A stretch of DNA of 63,965 nt, counting the filler, from Dicyema japonicum (lineage: Eukaryota; Animalia; Dicyemida): NCBI GenBank assembly GCA_011109175.1. It is 8 parts of 7 records of this genome, joined end to end, with 100 filler letters (N's around TTAATTAATTAA, not from the genome) between each part and the next. Parts side by side here need not be neighbours in the genome. Positions count along the whole stretch, not along the records: positions 1 to 7,958 come from RDEW01000044.1; positions 8,059 to 25,052 come from RDEW01000002.1; 6 more parts are not named here. One strand, given 5' to 3'. The position numbers were made by a program, and so were the translations under genes. This document shows, in pieces, positions 1 to 12,960 of the stretch (position 1 is its first letter; each line of letters opens with the position of its first letter). A model generated the notes under the pieces. The model searched no databases, was not told the origin of the DNA, and saw nothing but the letters and a program-made list of their open reading frames with translations.

Positions 1-1822
1 CTTAACAACAAAGATCTTATTTTGTTATCCAGAATGTCGATATCTTCCGGTTTCGAAATCCCCAAATCACAAACATTACCAATTTTTAGCCTGATGTAGA
101 AATTGAAATGATTCCAATCAATTTTGCTCACATCATATCCAATGAATAACTGTCGTGTGTAAACCGGACCAGTTTTTAATTCAATCGTTTGTGGGCTTGT
201 GTGAAGCATTCGAATATTAAAGAACTATCTATCTTGTTCCAAGCATAATATGTGAATAATATTGCATTTTTTAAGTCTTATTATTTTGTATACACAATAG
301 GGATTTTTCCCATCTTTAATTTTTAAATAATAACAGAAAATTTAAGAAAATTAAAATTGCATCTTTAAAGATTTAATTAATTGTACCCTGATCCATTGTT
401 GCAAAACTACGTTGTATTTGCTGATTAGTTAGTTAGTTAAGTTACCTCAGCCTCACTAATTTGTAGGAGGCCAGTAGTTATTAAGTAGTACGCAGCAGAT
501 GTCGGTCGCTTCTATATATCGGTCAGTTGCGGCATTGTGGAGAATTGTTGTGCTAATTTATGACATTGAAATAGGTGATTTGTTGTCAGCACGTGGAGGT
601 TGCAAAACGGGCAGATTACATCATATGTTGGTATTCGCTGCTCTAAATATTGTTTCAATTTGGCTTAATTCAAGCAAAACCTAATGTAAATTTATTGAAA
701 TTCACCTTATGTCAGAACATTGATCTATAACAAACAAAATTTTTATATTATGCGTCCCAAATTCTATTTCCCATTTCAAAAAAATTGATTAAATATTCGG
801 CTATCCATCCAAGCCATTTTTAATTAGAAAATGTGACATATTTTTTAATTTAAAATTTTTGAAACATCCAGGATTTTTAAAAATCCCAAAATGCAATGGT
901 GTTCGTTCATCTTTACAGTCACATTTGTACATAACATGACTGATACTAAACTTTAAATATTCTTTGCGAGAAATGTCAGATCGTAAGATATTCAACATAT
1001 AGCGATCCTAGTCAGATAACATTTTAGAGTAGACTCGATTTTGATCTCACGTCTCTCGTATAATTTTAGCAATTATGCCTGCTCAAAAAATAATAGCTTT
1101 TTTGATCTGGAATAAAACTATTCATATGGTTCACTCTGACGTCGATAGAATTAAACATGAAAATTCAATTACGGTCAGCGAATAACTTGAAATTTAGCTA
1201 CTCTGCTTTCTTGTAGTTTGCAATGTTGCTCTGTCCTCATATTGGGTTTTGATATGGCGTAAATTAGTATAAATGGATTATGATCACTATGGAAGTTGTG
1301 GGAGACGTTCCAGGACATTATTAGGCAATCTTTGAGGAAGAAATGGACAAGCCGGGTCTAGTTGATTAAGATTTCTTCGCAATGTTGAAGGTTCGGGAGA
1401 TTTAGAATCATTGGCTCTATAAAGAGTCAAAAATTAGATTACCTCTCTTGTCGGCTAATTGAGTAGTGTGCCATTGAAGATATTTGGCGTTGAGAACACC
1501 ACATATTATAATATTCTTCACTTGTTTTTTAGCATACCGATTATTGTATTTTCTATCTAGAAGAATCGCTAGAGTTCAGGCGGTATCGGCAATTCAATAG
1601 CTGCGGGGGATGAAGAGTTTGGCTCACGGTAAATAGCGATATCTACAGAATGTCTGAATTTTAGCGTTATAGTTCGGTAATATTCGTCCTGATTGCATTA
1701 AAGTTAACTTGCATTATAATGAAATCTTGTCAAGGATTTTCGTCGAAGTTTCCCCAGAAAAGAAACAGGATAAAAGAATATCCGCCTCAATGATAATGGA
1801 TAGGAAGTTGAAAATTTTTAAA

Positions 1823-2130
1823 AGCCTTTTCACGAGAGCCATAATATTAATAGCTCCGCATAGGCAGGACACACACTTTATTTAAGTAAGAACAGTTAAT
1901 TTTAACTAATAGAACCAAGGAATGATTTTCACTTCTTTTTTTCATTATCTTGTGTGTAAGTGATTTCGAGACAATCCTGTTTTGCAGTGAGTATCGACTG
2001 ATGACGGAGTCACTCGTCAAACCCTTCAAGATCTTAGATGCGTGGAACCTTCACCATGTGAACAACATCGAGAATCGAACCCGTAACGTAAGTCTCTTTA
2101 GCCAAACACCTAACCACTAAGACACCCAGC
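1823..2130 (-). mobile_element. Second copy of the same tRNA-derived SINE
   Basis: Reverse complement aligns over its full length with 40327-40647 (head GCTGGGTGTCTTAGTGGTTAGG...GGGTTCGATTC; same body and tail). Confidence 0.85.
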
Positions 2131-4269
2131 TAAATTGAAACTTTATTCTAACAATTCTAGTGAAAAACTTTTCTACGTAGATGAGACACGTGCCATTGTT
2201 ACACATATATAGTTGTTTATATAACCCCAAGAACACCATCAAATGTGCTAAGGATCAATATCTCACAATGTGCTAAGGATCAATATCTCACAAAATCTAT
2301 CGGAGCATTTCACAGGTGACTAAACCACCAACCATAATTTTTTGATTTAATTTAAAACGTGCCTTTTAGTGTTTTTTCGTTTAGATCTGGAATTACAAGC
2401 CTTCTCTGTTCCGCCGGAAGATTATCCAATGCTGACATCAATTGTAACTGATTTAATCAAGCATCTTATTATGTGAGTACTTTTTGGTTTATATTGTAGT
2501 ATTCGTGGTGAATTGAATATGTTCCTTATAAAGTAAATAGTCTCATCATGCAATCTCAACTGTTTGAACATATTCCTCTTCCGCATGAAAGCGCATAGCA
2601 TAAGGTTTAAGTTCTATATTATGAATTGTGATAATGCTTTTGTCATTCATAGAAAATCTAAGGGAAACTGTCTGTTCTGTAACTACATCTATCATATTCG
2701 ATTCATCCCCTCATGGTTTTTTTTAAGAAATGAAATTATTCTTTCTAAGACAGGGTACAGCAGTACGATTGAGTTTAAAAACAAGTATATTATTTTTTAA
2801 TCAATATAAATTAGACTTAATTAACACCAATTTATATCCCTGAAAAAAAACGATCAAGTTTATTTATTTTTCTCCTTGAAATAAAATTAGCTCAACTGTT
2901 GAAGTGATTTTAAATATACATTTTTTTGATGACTAAGATGCGATTGGTTTCCTAACTTTTATATGAAACCAAATTTAATTGCTATCTTTGAATACGGTCC
3001 TTACTATTATTATTCATAACCAGAAGGATCTGTGGATAATGAAATAATCCTTAGTGATCCGGATGACTGAACTAATTTGAAATCGGATTAAGATATGTTT
3101 TTAAAAAAGAAAGAGTTCTTTGAGAGCAAGTTGATGCAAGAAGGCCTGTCTCAACAGGGCTAGATTCATTCATCAATTACTAGAGATTCGTCCGCATTAG
3201 CAATAAAAGTAGGCAATATAACTCAACTTAATTGCATTGATACTGAGTACTATGCAAATCACATGTAAACGACATTTATTACAAAAAAGACAAAAATTAA
3301 ATTTGCACTTAAATATGCTTGTTATATTTGGTGTGAATACATATGGTCTGATTTCCAAACAATTACATATCCTTTTTCAGGGTTTTGTCTTACATGATAT
3401 ATCTGGTTATTTGAGAAAAAAGGAATATTTTAGTTATATTAGTTTTTTTGAAATTCTGCTTGAAATTTAAATTTGAAAAAAACGTGTTCTTGTAGTACTA
3501 ATGAATTTCAAAATATCAGCTTTATAATTGTTTCAAGAGTTTATAATTATGAATTATAATCTAAAAATCATTTTTAAATAATACCTGGGCATTAAGTATT
3601 TTATTGCAAACAATACATCGAATCATGCTTCTGGCACACGTGTGCTTCGTGAGAACCTTCATTATCATGGAGGAACACTAAAAAGATTAAGGACGTTCAA
3701 AAGAAGGCTGTCAGAATGACGGAGCAGTGGTCTTGTAGGAGACACAAAACCGGGCCGACTACTCTGGAGGCCCTCATTAAATAAAACTCCGGCATGCGGT
3801 AAGGTGGCTCACCAAATACAGTCATCCGCCCTGTAAGAGCTTTGGTGGGTACGAGGGAAGAGCACCAGGAAAGAATGAGGATTTTGGCTGAGCGCATAGG
3901 GATCACGTGATAGTTAGTTTTGGTTTTACCGTGGTTTTGGGTGTAAAATAAATAAAAAAATATATAAGTATTTTATCTCTCACTGAAAAGTCAATTTTGT
4001 ATTTGGTCAGTCATTTTACATATTTTGTATATAAATTCTGTAAATATACATATCGTAGGACTCGTGGTGCAACAAAAAATAAAATTTATTATAGATTTTA
4101 CAAAAAGTGTATGCAATTTAAATTAGAAAACACACTTTTTTAGTGGGACCAGTATAGATTTATTAATTTAATTAAAACACCTTTTTGTTAGCAGATCTAT
4201 TGAAATAATACATAAAAATAATAAGAATTTAATTATACATGTAATTTTATATGCAAATATTTACTATCT

Positions 4270-4650
4270 TCCATACTCTAGTTACCTCGGACAAATGCCT
4301 CAAAAGATGTAGCGTGTTCTATTGCTGGACAACGAAAAAATCTCTTTTAAGAAAGTTGATAAAACCCTATGTCGAGCTGCGAACATCAGAATGCACATCG
4401 CAATGATGAACAATATTCTACCAAGTCACTTTGACCACCTAATCAAGCAAAGGGCAAAAGTTTCTAACCTTAACCCTCCAGCAGGACCTGTCGTCGACAG
4501 TCCGATCTGTGTCAGCAGTTTCCAGAAGCCCGATTGGTTTTCTAACGAACATTGTTCCCCCGTACCGTGTCTGTGTTGGGTCTAAAGCATCACATCGAGC
4601 GAAGCTGAGAAAGCTAATAAAGTTTGTCGGGATACCATAATTAATTTCAA
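4270..4650 (+). mobile_element. Possible Penelope GIY-YIG C-terminal relic
   Basis: LLDNEKISFKK...NIRMHIAMMN..LPSHFDHLI resembles the ILD.E...KR..E..I...MN pattern. Confidence 0.3.
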
Positions 4651-5539
4651 GAGATAACCATTGGTGATTTTGGGTTAATAATACTAATAATTAGTACTAT
4701 AGGTCTTCTAGCTAGTTTCTAAGTTTTTGCAAACAAACCTCTATAACTTTTGAATACATTTCTCCCCCACATTGACTCGAACAGTAATTCAGCTTTTTTC
4801 TTCCAATCTGCTGTTGTGTATATATTAGGTGATCAAATTGATCCCTCTATGTTCGGGATCTCAGTAATATAGTAATTGATTTCACACAAAAATTATCAAG
4901 TGTGTTTCACTTTAGTAAAGTTAATAAATTCTGCATCTTAGAAATAGTCAAGATTGTAATTAATGTTGTCGTTCGTGACTAGATTATCTGTGGATTCGAT
5001 TTCCCAACCGTCACTTATCATGTCGCAGGTTTTCGCTCGGCTATGAGACCCCCAATGCCTAATCGTCATCTAAAATAGATTCCTACTCCTGTGGAAGTAT
5101 CCCATGATGGTGGATACTTAGAAAAGACTTGATTCATTAAAAGGATGCAAGCGGATGTATCAAATGCCGGTCGCTTTCATAGATCGGTCATTCTTGCCAT
5201 TTTAGACAAACATTGTAGCAATTCAGGACATTCAAATAGGCGGTTTGGTGTCGACACTCTTAGGTATTTGAGATATTAAAAATAATAAAAAATCTAAAAA
5301 ATTAACAACCATAATCAAATTAATTTTCATTTTGTAGAACTTTACAATTTCTTATGCCAAACAAGCTTGAATTCCAAAAGCATATGAAAATCTGTAATGA
5401 CTGTGGTCATAAGTGAATAAATGATATCACAGTTTAAGACCCCACGTGATGATGTTTCATAAATATTTTGGTACTATTAAACAAATTGTTAAATTTCATG
5501 ACAAAAATCCCGCTAACAAGTCCGTCGAAGTGAAGATAA

Positions 5540-5716
5540 AAGTCAAGAATCCTGCCTCCTTTTCATACCTGGGGCATATCCATGTTAATTCGAAAGTACT
5601 CAGGGGCGTAGGTTGCGATTAGACTGCAAGTCAAGAATCCTGCCTCCTTTTCATACCTGGGGCATATCCATGTTAATTCGAAAGTACTCATGGGACTAGG
5701 TTGCGATTAGACTGCA
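5540..5716. repeat. Tandem duplication, 88-bp unit x2
   Basis: AAGTCAAGAATCCTGCC starts at 5540 and 5628. Confidence 0.9.
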
Positions 5717-6924
5717 GTAGTAACCGTGATTGAGGAGAATATGATTATGCAAAAATAAAAAACCAGTCTAGGATGACAGCTGATAAAACACGAATTGTTG
5801 ATAAACTGTTTGCGTATATGAAAAAGGGAATGAAAGCAATCCTCAGTACAGCAGGAATAAATGATAATATATGAGGGAATGAGAGACATAACAAAGGTTG
5901 AAATATTGATGATAACGAATGAGCATATAGTAAGGTGTATTCGGGATTTTGTGAAGCAAAAGTCCTCATAACTATACGGAAAAAGTGACAACCTAAACAA
6001 ATATGCGGAAAATATTGTGGGATAACACTATTGTTATATTAAATAACATTTATAAGAAATGATCAGTCTCTTGAGATCTTCGATGACTTTTACTTTTAAT
6101 GAAATTTTAACCTCATCAGAGAATTTAGTATTTGGGTAGAAAGGCTAAATTACTTGATGACCACCACAGACATTATCTTTTTACACACAGTCCCAGGAGA
6201 CCTAATAGGCCAGCGACTGAATAGTATATGGCAGCCAGTCTCCACGTGCCAATTAACTATTTATTAATAATTAAAACTCACTATCTCAACAGGAAAAACA
6301 AAGTGGGTTTTACTCGACATAAATTCCACCAATAAAGTACTTGTAACTACCATTCCTGTAAGCAATGAAGGGAAGTGGTTATCTTTCCACTGAAATGCTT
6401 CAGCCAGGCGAATAGAGATACTTCCATCATCCAGAAGCCACTAAAATACATTTATGTGCCGTAAACTTGCATAGGAGAAATCATTAAGTAGTGAAAATAA
6501 ATAAACTGTATTTTCCTTAAAATATGGCAAAATAAAAAATCCATTTGGTGGTATCAGATAAATCAAAAATGGTTAATATAACAAATCCAATAAATAATCA
6601 ATTACAGTCAAGATGATATGATATACTTCTCTACCACTGTCTTTAGTTTAATCTGATACTTTTTGGGACGAAGAAATAACTGCCGACAGCAATAACGAAC
6701 ATCATGACTTGGGAGATGATCACAATGTAATTAAGGAATGAACTTCGCACTTTAGAGATAGTGTCTGAGTTGAGTATGTATTCAATATAGTACTAACAAT
6801 GTAATATTTAAAATACCTCTGTGGCTATGTTGATGGTGATGTTCCAGAGTAAAAAAATTCCAAAAACTATAAAAAGATTCTTCTTTTTTCTTTGTTAAAA
6901 ATTCCCATGAACCACTTCTTATCT

Positions 6925-7125
6925 ATTATTATAAGCACTTATCGCTATGTCCTAGGACTTGACAAAGCATGTGCAACACGATTTAGCAAATCACTTGTTA
7001 GTTTCATCCACTTCCTCCTATTCAAAGCATCGGTGCGCAACCAGTCAAGATCCTCTTCACTTCCAAGATGCCGTCCATTTCTTTGAGGTCCTCGTCGAGA
7101 ACGACTGCCAGTGTCGTCTTATCTA
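6925..7125 (-). mobile_element. RTE 3'-end fragment
   Basis: KTTLAVVLDEDL...EDLDWLRTDALNRR, similar to the end of the 19936-21077 element. Confidence 0.6.
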
Positions 7126-7279
7126 CTTAAGTTAAATTAAATTATATTTTTAAATGTTTTTTATTTAATTAAATTTTTTTTTTTTAAACAAAAAAATTTT
7201 TTTAACAATTCAAAAATTATCAACTTACTTATATTTCCACGGTATATTTAGTACACAATTTTATTACTCTACCTTTTTA

Positions 7280-7950
7280 GATTATGAGAATGCCGGAAAC
7301 AACAGTTAAAAGGACAAAAATTAGGAATCATCATGAAGATTTTATTCTGTTTGGCTTTGTGTCTGTAGGCTCATCACCTACTCTTCTTGATTCCATGAAG
7401 AAAGTGAAACTGGAGCAGGACCAAAAGTCAAAACATTAATTGTCTGTTGGTAAAAATATGGAATTTTTTGAAAATAAAAAGAGAAGGCATCTAGTATAAC
7501 TATTTGACTTTGTAAAGAAAATGAATACTACAAATGCAAAGACGCACAAACCAAGTTATTTGGTCTCCAAGATTATTTCCAAGATTGGGGCACCTCAGGT
7601 TTATCGGTAGAAGCTTGTAAAACCTACTATGCCAGATAGTGTTAATGAAGTTTTCGGAAAAGATGCTGCTATGAGTAAAATTCGGAATTCTGCGAAAGAA
7701 GCTAAGAATATTGGAGGAGATGTTGAAAAACACACACCATTGCCTCTATGCAATTAACCTTCAAAAGTAATTCAGTGAAAGGCAGAATACTTGAACCATT
7801 TAGTCAAGATGAAAATTTTAAAACTCTATTGCTTCACAGAGGTAAGATGGTTATCCAAAGGTCTGAAGAAGACAAGTAAATATGTAGTAACCAATAATCA
7901 CCTTTCTCAAGTCAGAAATGACTTTTTTCAACTCCAAGAAGCGAGCTAAT
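7280..7950 (+). mobile_element. Decayed hAT (ZBED8/FAM200-like) transposase
   Basis: Broken frames with FILFGF, KLVKP and LLLH.EVRWLSKG. Confidence 0.6.
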
Positions 7951-7958
7951 AAAGCTAA

Positions 7959-8058
7959 NNNNNNNNNNNNNNNNNNNNNNNNNNNNNNNNNNNNNNNNNN
8001 NNTTAATTAATTAANNNNNNNNNNNNNNNNNNNNNNNNNNNNNNNNNNNNNNNNNNNN
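7959..8058. other. Artificial contig spacer (also 25053-25152, 39864-39963, 51544-51643, 54480-54579, 59791-59890, 62079-62178)
   Basis: Each is 100 bp: 44 N + TTAATTAATTAA (stops in all six frames) + 44 N. Confidence 0.98.
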
Positions 8059-8404
8059 GTTTCACTAACCATTTGGTTTCAATTACTGCATTCTTTACAT
8101 AACTACAATATACTATCCCTTTAAATAGCTTATATGAGATTTACTTGCTAACTAAGATAGCTCTAATCATAACTGTGGTGTATTCCAAATCTCTGAGAGT
8201 ATAGTTAAAAATATGTCTTAATAGACAATGAAATAATAATCTTTGGAATGTGTGATTGTTGTGAGATATCACATTAAAGGGTTGAAAATGGAATCATTGA
8301 TTATAGGGGGAATAGAGATGAGTTTGAAATGAAAATTGTTTATTAAGATCATACATTTCCCATACCAATTATCATTTATTCTTTAATAAATTAATTTCTG
8401 TTCG

Positions 8405-8620
8405 TGTGGCGCCACATGGCGCCATGTGGCTAGATGATCAAAAATAAATTTCATTTTTTCAGATGGCGTCATTGGAGCCACCTTACTGAGGAGACGCCCA
8501 ATGCCTGACCAGCATCAAGAGGATCCAACTATTTTTCCCATGGGGACAATTTTGTTACCTGGAGACGAGTTCTGGAATGCTGGAACGAGTCAGGTTCAAG
8601 GAGTAAGTTAATTTGGTTAC
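8405..8620. repeat. Dispersed ~200-bp non-coding repeat (second copy ~60838-61020)
   Basis: Shared GATGGCGTCATT..TTACTGAGGAGACGCCCAATGCCTG..CATCAAGAGGATC..GGGGACAAT..TGGAGAC.AGTTCTGGAA. Confidence 0.85.
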
Positions 8621-8622
8621 CC

Positions 8623-9430
8623 TTTTTTTAATAGCCTTTTCACGAGAGCCATAGTATTTATAGCTCCGCATAGGCACCCTTGGACTTTTGAATAATTTTA
8701 ATTTTTTAAAATTAATTTATTCTTTATGATTTTTCTGACTGAATATTTGTCAACGTGAGGTTGGAAATGGAAACTGACGCAGGTGGTGCCTCAACCCAGC
8801 TATTTCCTACCATTCAATTTGAAAANTTTTTTTAATAGCCTTTTCACGAGAGCCATAGTATTTATAGCTCCGCATAGGCACCCTTGGACTTTGGAATAAT
8901 TTTAATTTTTTTTAAATTAATTTATTCTTTATGATTTTTCTGACTGAATATTTGTCAACGTGAGGTTGGAAATGGAAACTGACGCAGGTGGTGCCTCAAC
9001 CCAGCTTTTTCCTACCATTCAATTTGAAAAGAATCGTCAGCATGTTTTTCGCGGAGTCTAGTACTGGGAAGGTTCTGCTGCACAGGATATCCAGTGGTTT
9101 CGAGCCCTCCTGTTGTTATTTCTGCCTCCTTCTCTTTCGAGCACTCTGTAGAAGAGAAAATGTCAACCATATTTCTCCACTGGTGGCTCATTCAAACGTT
9201 GAGTACAAGTCATATGCAGATTTCTATTCTCATGATCTGTTGTCAAGAAGAGCCATGAGGCATCTAGTGATCTCACTTGTAGATACAGATGCTATGATTC
9301 CCGATATTGATTTAATTTCTGTTTGATAGACTGAATGGTGTAGACATAAGGTTTAGGTTTGTCCTAATTTCTCGAGCGATGAACGCTGGTAGATCAGCCT
9401 GCGATCCGTGTGGTTAGTGTAAATATGGCG
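8623..9430 (-). mobile_element. Degraded retroelement 3' end carrying the same ~45-bp tail as the SINE; 8623-8825 is duplicated across a single N
   Basis: Tail GCCTATGCGGAGCTATAAATACTATGGCTCTCGTGAAAAGGC plus poly(A), attached to a body unrelated to the SINE. A decayed frame reads TFE...LQSARKRRRQK, weakly like an RLE endonuclease. Confidence 0.5.
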
Positions 9431-10146
9431 AATGAGAGCAGCATACAGAATAAATATACGTTTTTTATAAATAATCTAAAATATGAAGTATTTGATTGAT
9501 GCTAATAATGATTTATGAAAACTAACTAAAATTAGTTAATTTGTGTAAAGTTTACCATTAAACCAAAAATAAATTAAGCCAAATGTTAAATCCTCTAATT
9601 TGGAGGTCTGAAAAAAGCACAAATCATTGTCCGGCTTTTGGACTTTAATTTAATTTTAAATACACGCTCTACCCTCTAAAATCTGAAAATATGACAACCC
9701 TTTTTGAATCTCTTATATATTCAACTTGAAATGTGAACAAATAATATTTTCCGGATGTTAGTGTGCATTCCGAACACTTAAATTTTGTCTTCACCATCTT
9801 TTTAATAGTAATAATGTTAACTTTCAATACTCCTCTAAACGAAGTGACGTTAAAATCTAATATACATAATAAATTACCAAGATTGAACAGAATACTTACA
9901 TTCATTAAGAATTTATGTTCTGAAATGTTGACTAAATTTTGACTGAGATTAATCCTAATTGTGTTACTCTTATTTTCTAATTTTGATATATTTTTAATTA
10001 CCACAATTAGTAAATGATGTTTTTTTTGAATCGACAATAAAAAATAGAATCCACCAAATTGCGACATACATTTAATTTAAATTTTATTATCATTTAAGTA
10101 AAATTTGGTTTGCCAATAAAAAATTGAAATTCCTCCTTGACTTTTG

Positions 10147-10604
10147 ATTATTATTATTAAGAAGCACTCCCAGAAAACATAAAATTAGTTAAGTTTCCCT
10201 TGTGCCTAATCATCCTCTCCGTCAGCCTCGACCATGATCTTCTGTTGCGCGCTAGTTCTCTTAGGTAGTCCAGGTCGTCGGCCATTTCCATTATAATGTC
10301 AGATGCTGCCAACACTTTTGTAACACAGTGAATCAGGTCCTGATGGACTGCAAATCCGAGACCATAATGTCGGTAGGCCGATGAGAGGGTAAAAGGTGGA
10401 ATTTGCCAAACAGTTCTGTACAGTCGTTTTTGTCTCTTGTAGACAGCAGACATAGACGTCGTATTTTGTTAGATCGCATGCCAGTTGGTGATTCTTGTAG
10501 GGTTGTTTAAGTCCTCTGCAATTGAAAGATCCCAGAGTGAAGGAGTCGATAAGGAATACGAATAAGACATAGTGCAATTGAGGTGTCGTCACCACTTCAA
10601 TCAA
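10147..10604 (-). mobile_element. Bipartite (internally deleted) RTE-type element
   Basis: APE start TLGSFNCRGL...CCLQETK...GLGF is joined within ~450 bp to the terminal LRELARNRRSW and a (TAA)n tail. Confidence 0.7.
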
Positions 10605-10619
10605 AAAAGACAGAGGAAG

Positions 10620-11130
10620 CCATAAAGACTTTTTTCAAAAGTAACATCGATTTCAGAGAATTTTTGTAAGATTGAGGTTAACTCAAAAAATGCGAGGTGG
10701 CCAATATAAAAGCGGTATCATTTGCCTTCTTCAAAAAATCGAAAGGAAAATATTGTACCATGTTTTCGATCTACGATCTGCTTCTTGAATTCCTTGGATT
10801 CGGAATAGAGAAAAATCAAATAAGAAAATCCTTAAGCGGCAAAAAGACGCTTAAGGACAAGTTCGCACACAGATTTATCTTTCTGGATAGGCATGTTGGA
10901 CTTGTTATGCTTAAAAATGTCTCTTGCTTCCAAATATACTTTTCAACTTCCGTTGTTCCTCTTGCTGTGATAAAGAAAATCTTCTATCTCTCCTTGATAA
11001 TTAAATTAAGTCAACCCCCGAGAATGAAAAACCAAAGTATTAGTGAGGATCACCTGTTTGTTCCATTTGCTGTTAATACGTCAATTTACAAAATGAATAC
11101 TCAACACAAGTCGACTCTCATTGCTTTAGA
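10620..11130 (-). mobile_element. Possible decayed hAT (Tip100-like) transposase fragment
   Basis: Stop-riddled frame with LSITSPTCLSRK, resembling the hAT LS.TRW..R motif. Confidence 0.3.
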
Positions 11131-11159
11131 AACGAAAAAAATAATATTATAGGATCTCC

Positions 11160-11910
11160 ATTCAAATTCATAACTTATGCAACATCATTCAAGAGAGGAG
11201 TACCACAAGGTTCAGTATTGAGGCCTATTTTGTTTAATATTCATGGCGAGTTTTCCACGTCCGAGAAATATTAATACTAGTCTTCTGATGACGTAATCGT
11301 GGTGGACACATCTCTTAAATCTTCTATATCTGAAGGAAGAATCCGGGAGTATGCGGACCAGATTGAGCAATGGTGCAAATTTAGAGGGTTAAAGCTTTTT
11401 GCTGAAAAATCATGCACACTCCGAATAAGCAACGTGAAAAAGCACCTGAAACAAGAATACAAACTGGAAGTAAACAATGCACACAGTCTGCGCTACCTGG
11501 GGGTCGACTATGGATTCGCAGGAGATTACATGGACGACATACAAAGGAGGAGAAAGAGAGCTTTTCAGTCGCTCCTGTGTACACGGAAGTTACACGTTAG
11601 CCGTGACACCTACCTGTCCATCTTCAATGGAGTTATTCTCCCTAGCCTACTTTATGGGTGCAAGGAGTGGTTCTTCTCTCCGAAGAGGGAGAAGATCTTA
11701 TCCTTCCTAGAGAAGACTAGGAGAGCTGCAATTAAGCTTCCTTAAACAAAAAACTGAAAGAATGTCTAAGCGAGGACGAAAACAAGCTGTTAGAATCGAT
11801 TAGCAGGATTGTGGAGGATCGGATCAATGGTTTCAGGAGGAGATCAAAAATCCAGGACACGTATATAAAGTTGGGAGAAACGTCCTGAAAAAAAATTAAA
11901 AAAAAAGGAA
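11160..11910 (+). mobile_element. LINE RT relic
   Basis: GVPQGSVL, a YADD-like site, LRYLGV and LPSLLYGCKEW; A-rich end. Confidence 0.75.
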
Positions 11911-12099
11911 GGGTCCAGGTGTAAAGTCCATGGTAGGACTCAGATGTAATACCTTACAGAAAACTTAACTCTTGTTAATAAATCGTTATTGTTTTATTGT
12001 TAGATGTCTATGAGCAGGTTAACCAGATATCAATTGCTAGATTTAACAAAGAATTTATTTAAAATAAAATTATTTTTTAAGACCGATCTTCTTTCATCA

Positions 12100-12960
12100 G
12101 AAAATTCAATCTATAAATGAATTCGAAAATTACCTCTACACATGAATTAGTTAAGATGAGAGTATTTATCAAACATCAGAATACTTTGACTCAAACTTAT
12201 CAAGCATCAATGCTGTGTTAGTTCCGTAGTCTTTCGCGATTCGTACCTTAAATTTAAGATCTCCAGTAGCATAATTGTACAACAATCTATTCATCCGTCG
12301 ATAGTATTCGTCCTCATCCCCAATTGGTGTTATCTCAAAATCAAAGGATTCCACAAAATTGTAATTTATAAATTAAAAATCGCTATTAATTTGATGAGCA
12401 GATTCAGAAATAGTTGAAACGTCATTAAGTCTTGTCACTGATTCTAAAATTAAGTCAAAATGCAGCACCTTCTTCGCATTCGACCATTTGTAAGGAATTT
12501 GTTCCAAAAATTCCGTGATACCGTTTGAATGGGGTCTCTTTTGAAAAGGAGTGCATTGTTGTAGCAGTAAACAGCATATTCTAGAATCGACACCCATTCC
12601 TTTTGATTGCCATTAATATGTTTAGAAATTGATCTTGTTAAAGTTTGATTGAAGCATTCCACTATTCCATAGAAATTATTTTGTATCCTTGTATCTAAGA
12701 TTGTTTGGTCTTTCATGGATGTTAATTTCTCACATAAAGCTTGAATGTTGGTATTTCTAAATTCAGTCCCGTTGTCCGACTGTAGAATTTGACAATGCCC
12801 ATATAAGGACTCCAAATTCTGGCATACTTCAATATTTCTTATTACTGAACTTTTTAATATAAAATAGTTCCGACGGCAGAGAAATTCGACTTTATTGATC
12901 CCTCCGTCTGAGTTCAGATTCGATTTTATTGATCTTTCTGCTACATCACCATCCCCAGGT
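12100..12960 (-). mobile_element. Gypsy/Ginger-type (KRBA2-like) integrase relic
   Basis: GGINK...RRNY, ILQSDNGTEFRN, GIVECFNQTL and WVSILEYAVYCYN. Confidence 0.75.

Noticed and set aside
1990-2025. Hammerhead ribozyme at CTGATGA within the SINE
   Set aside because: It lies on the SINE antisense strand and lacks the GAAA core after stem II.
7959-8058. TTAATTAATTAA motif repeated seven times
   Set aside because: Always centred in a 100-bp N block, so it is an artificial linker. Adjacency across these spacers should not be trusted.
8623-9030. ~200-bp tandem duplication (also ~63555-63965)
   Set aside because: Copies abut a single N, typical of overlapping contig ends or allelic variants joined by a scaffolder.
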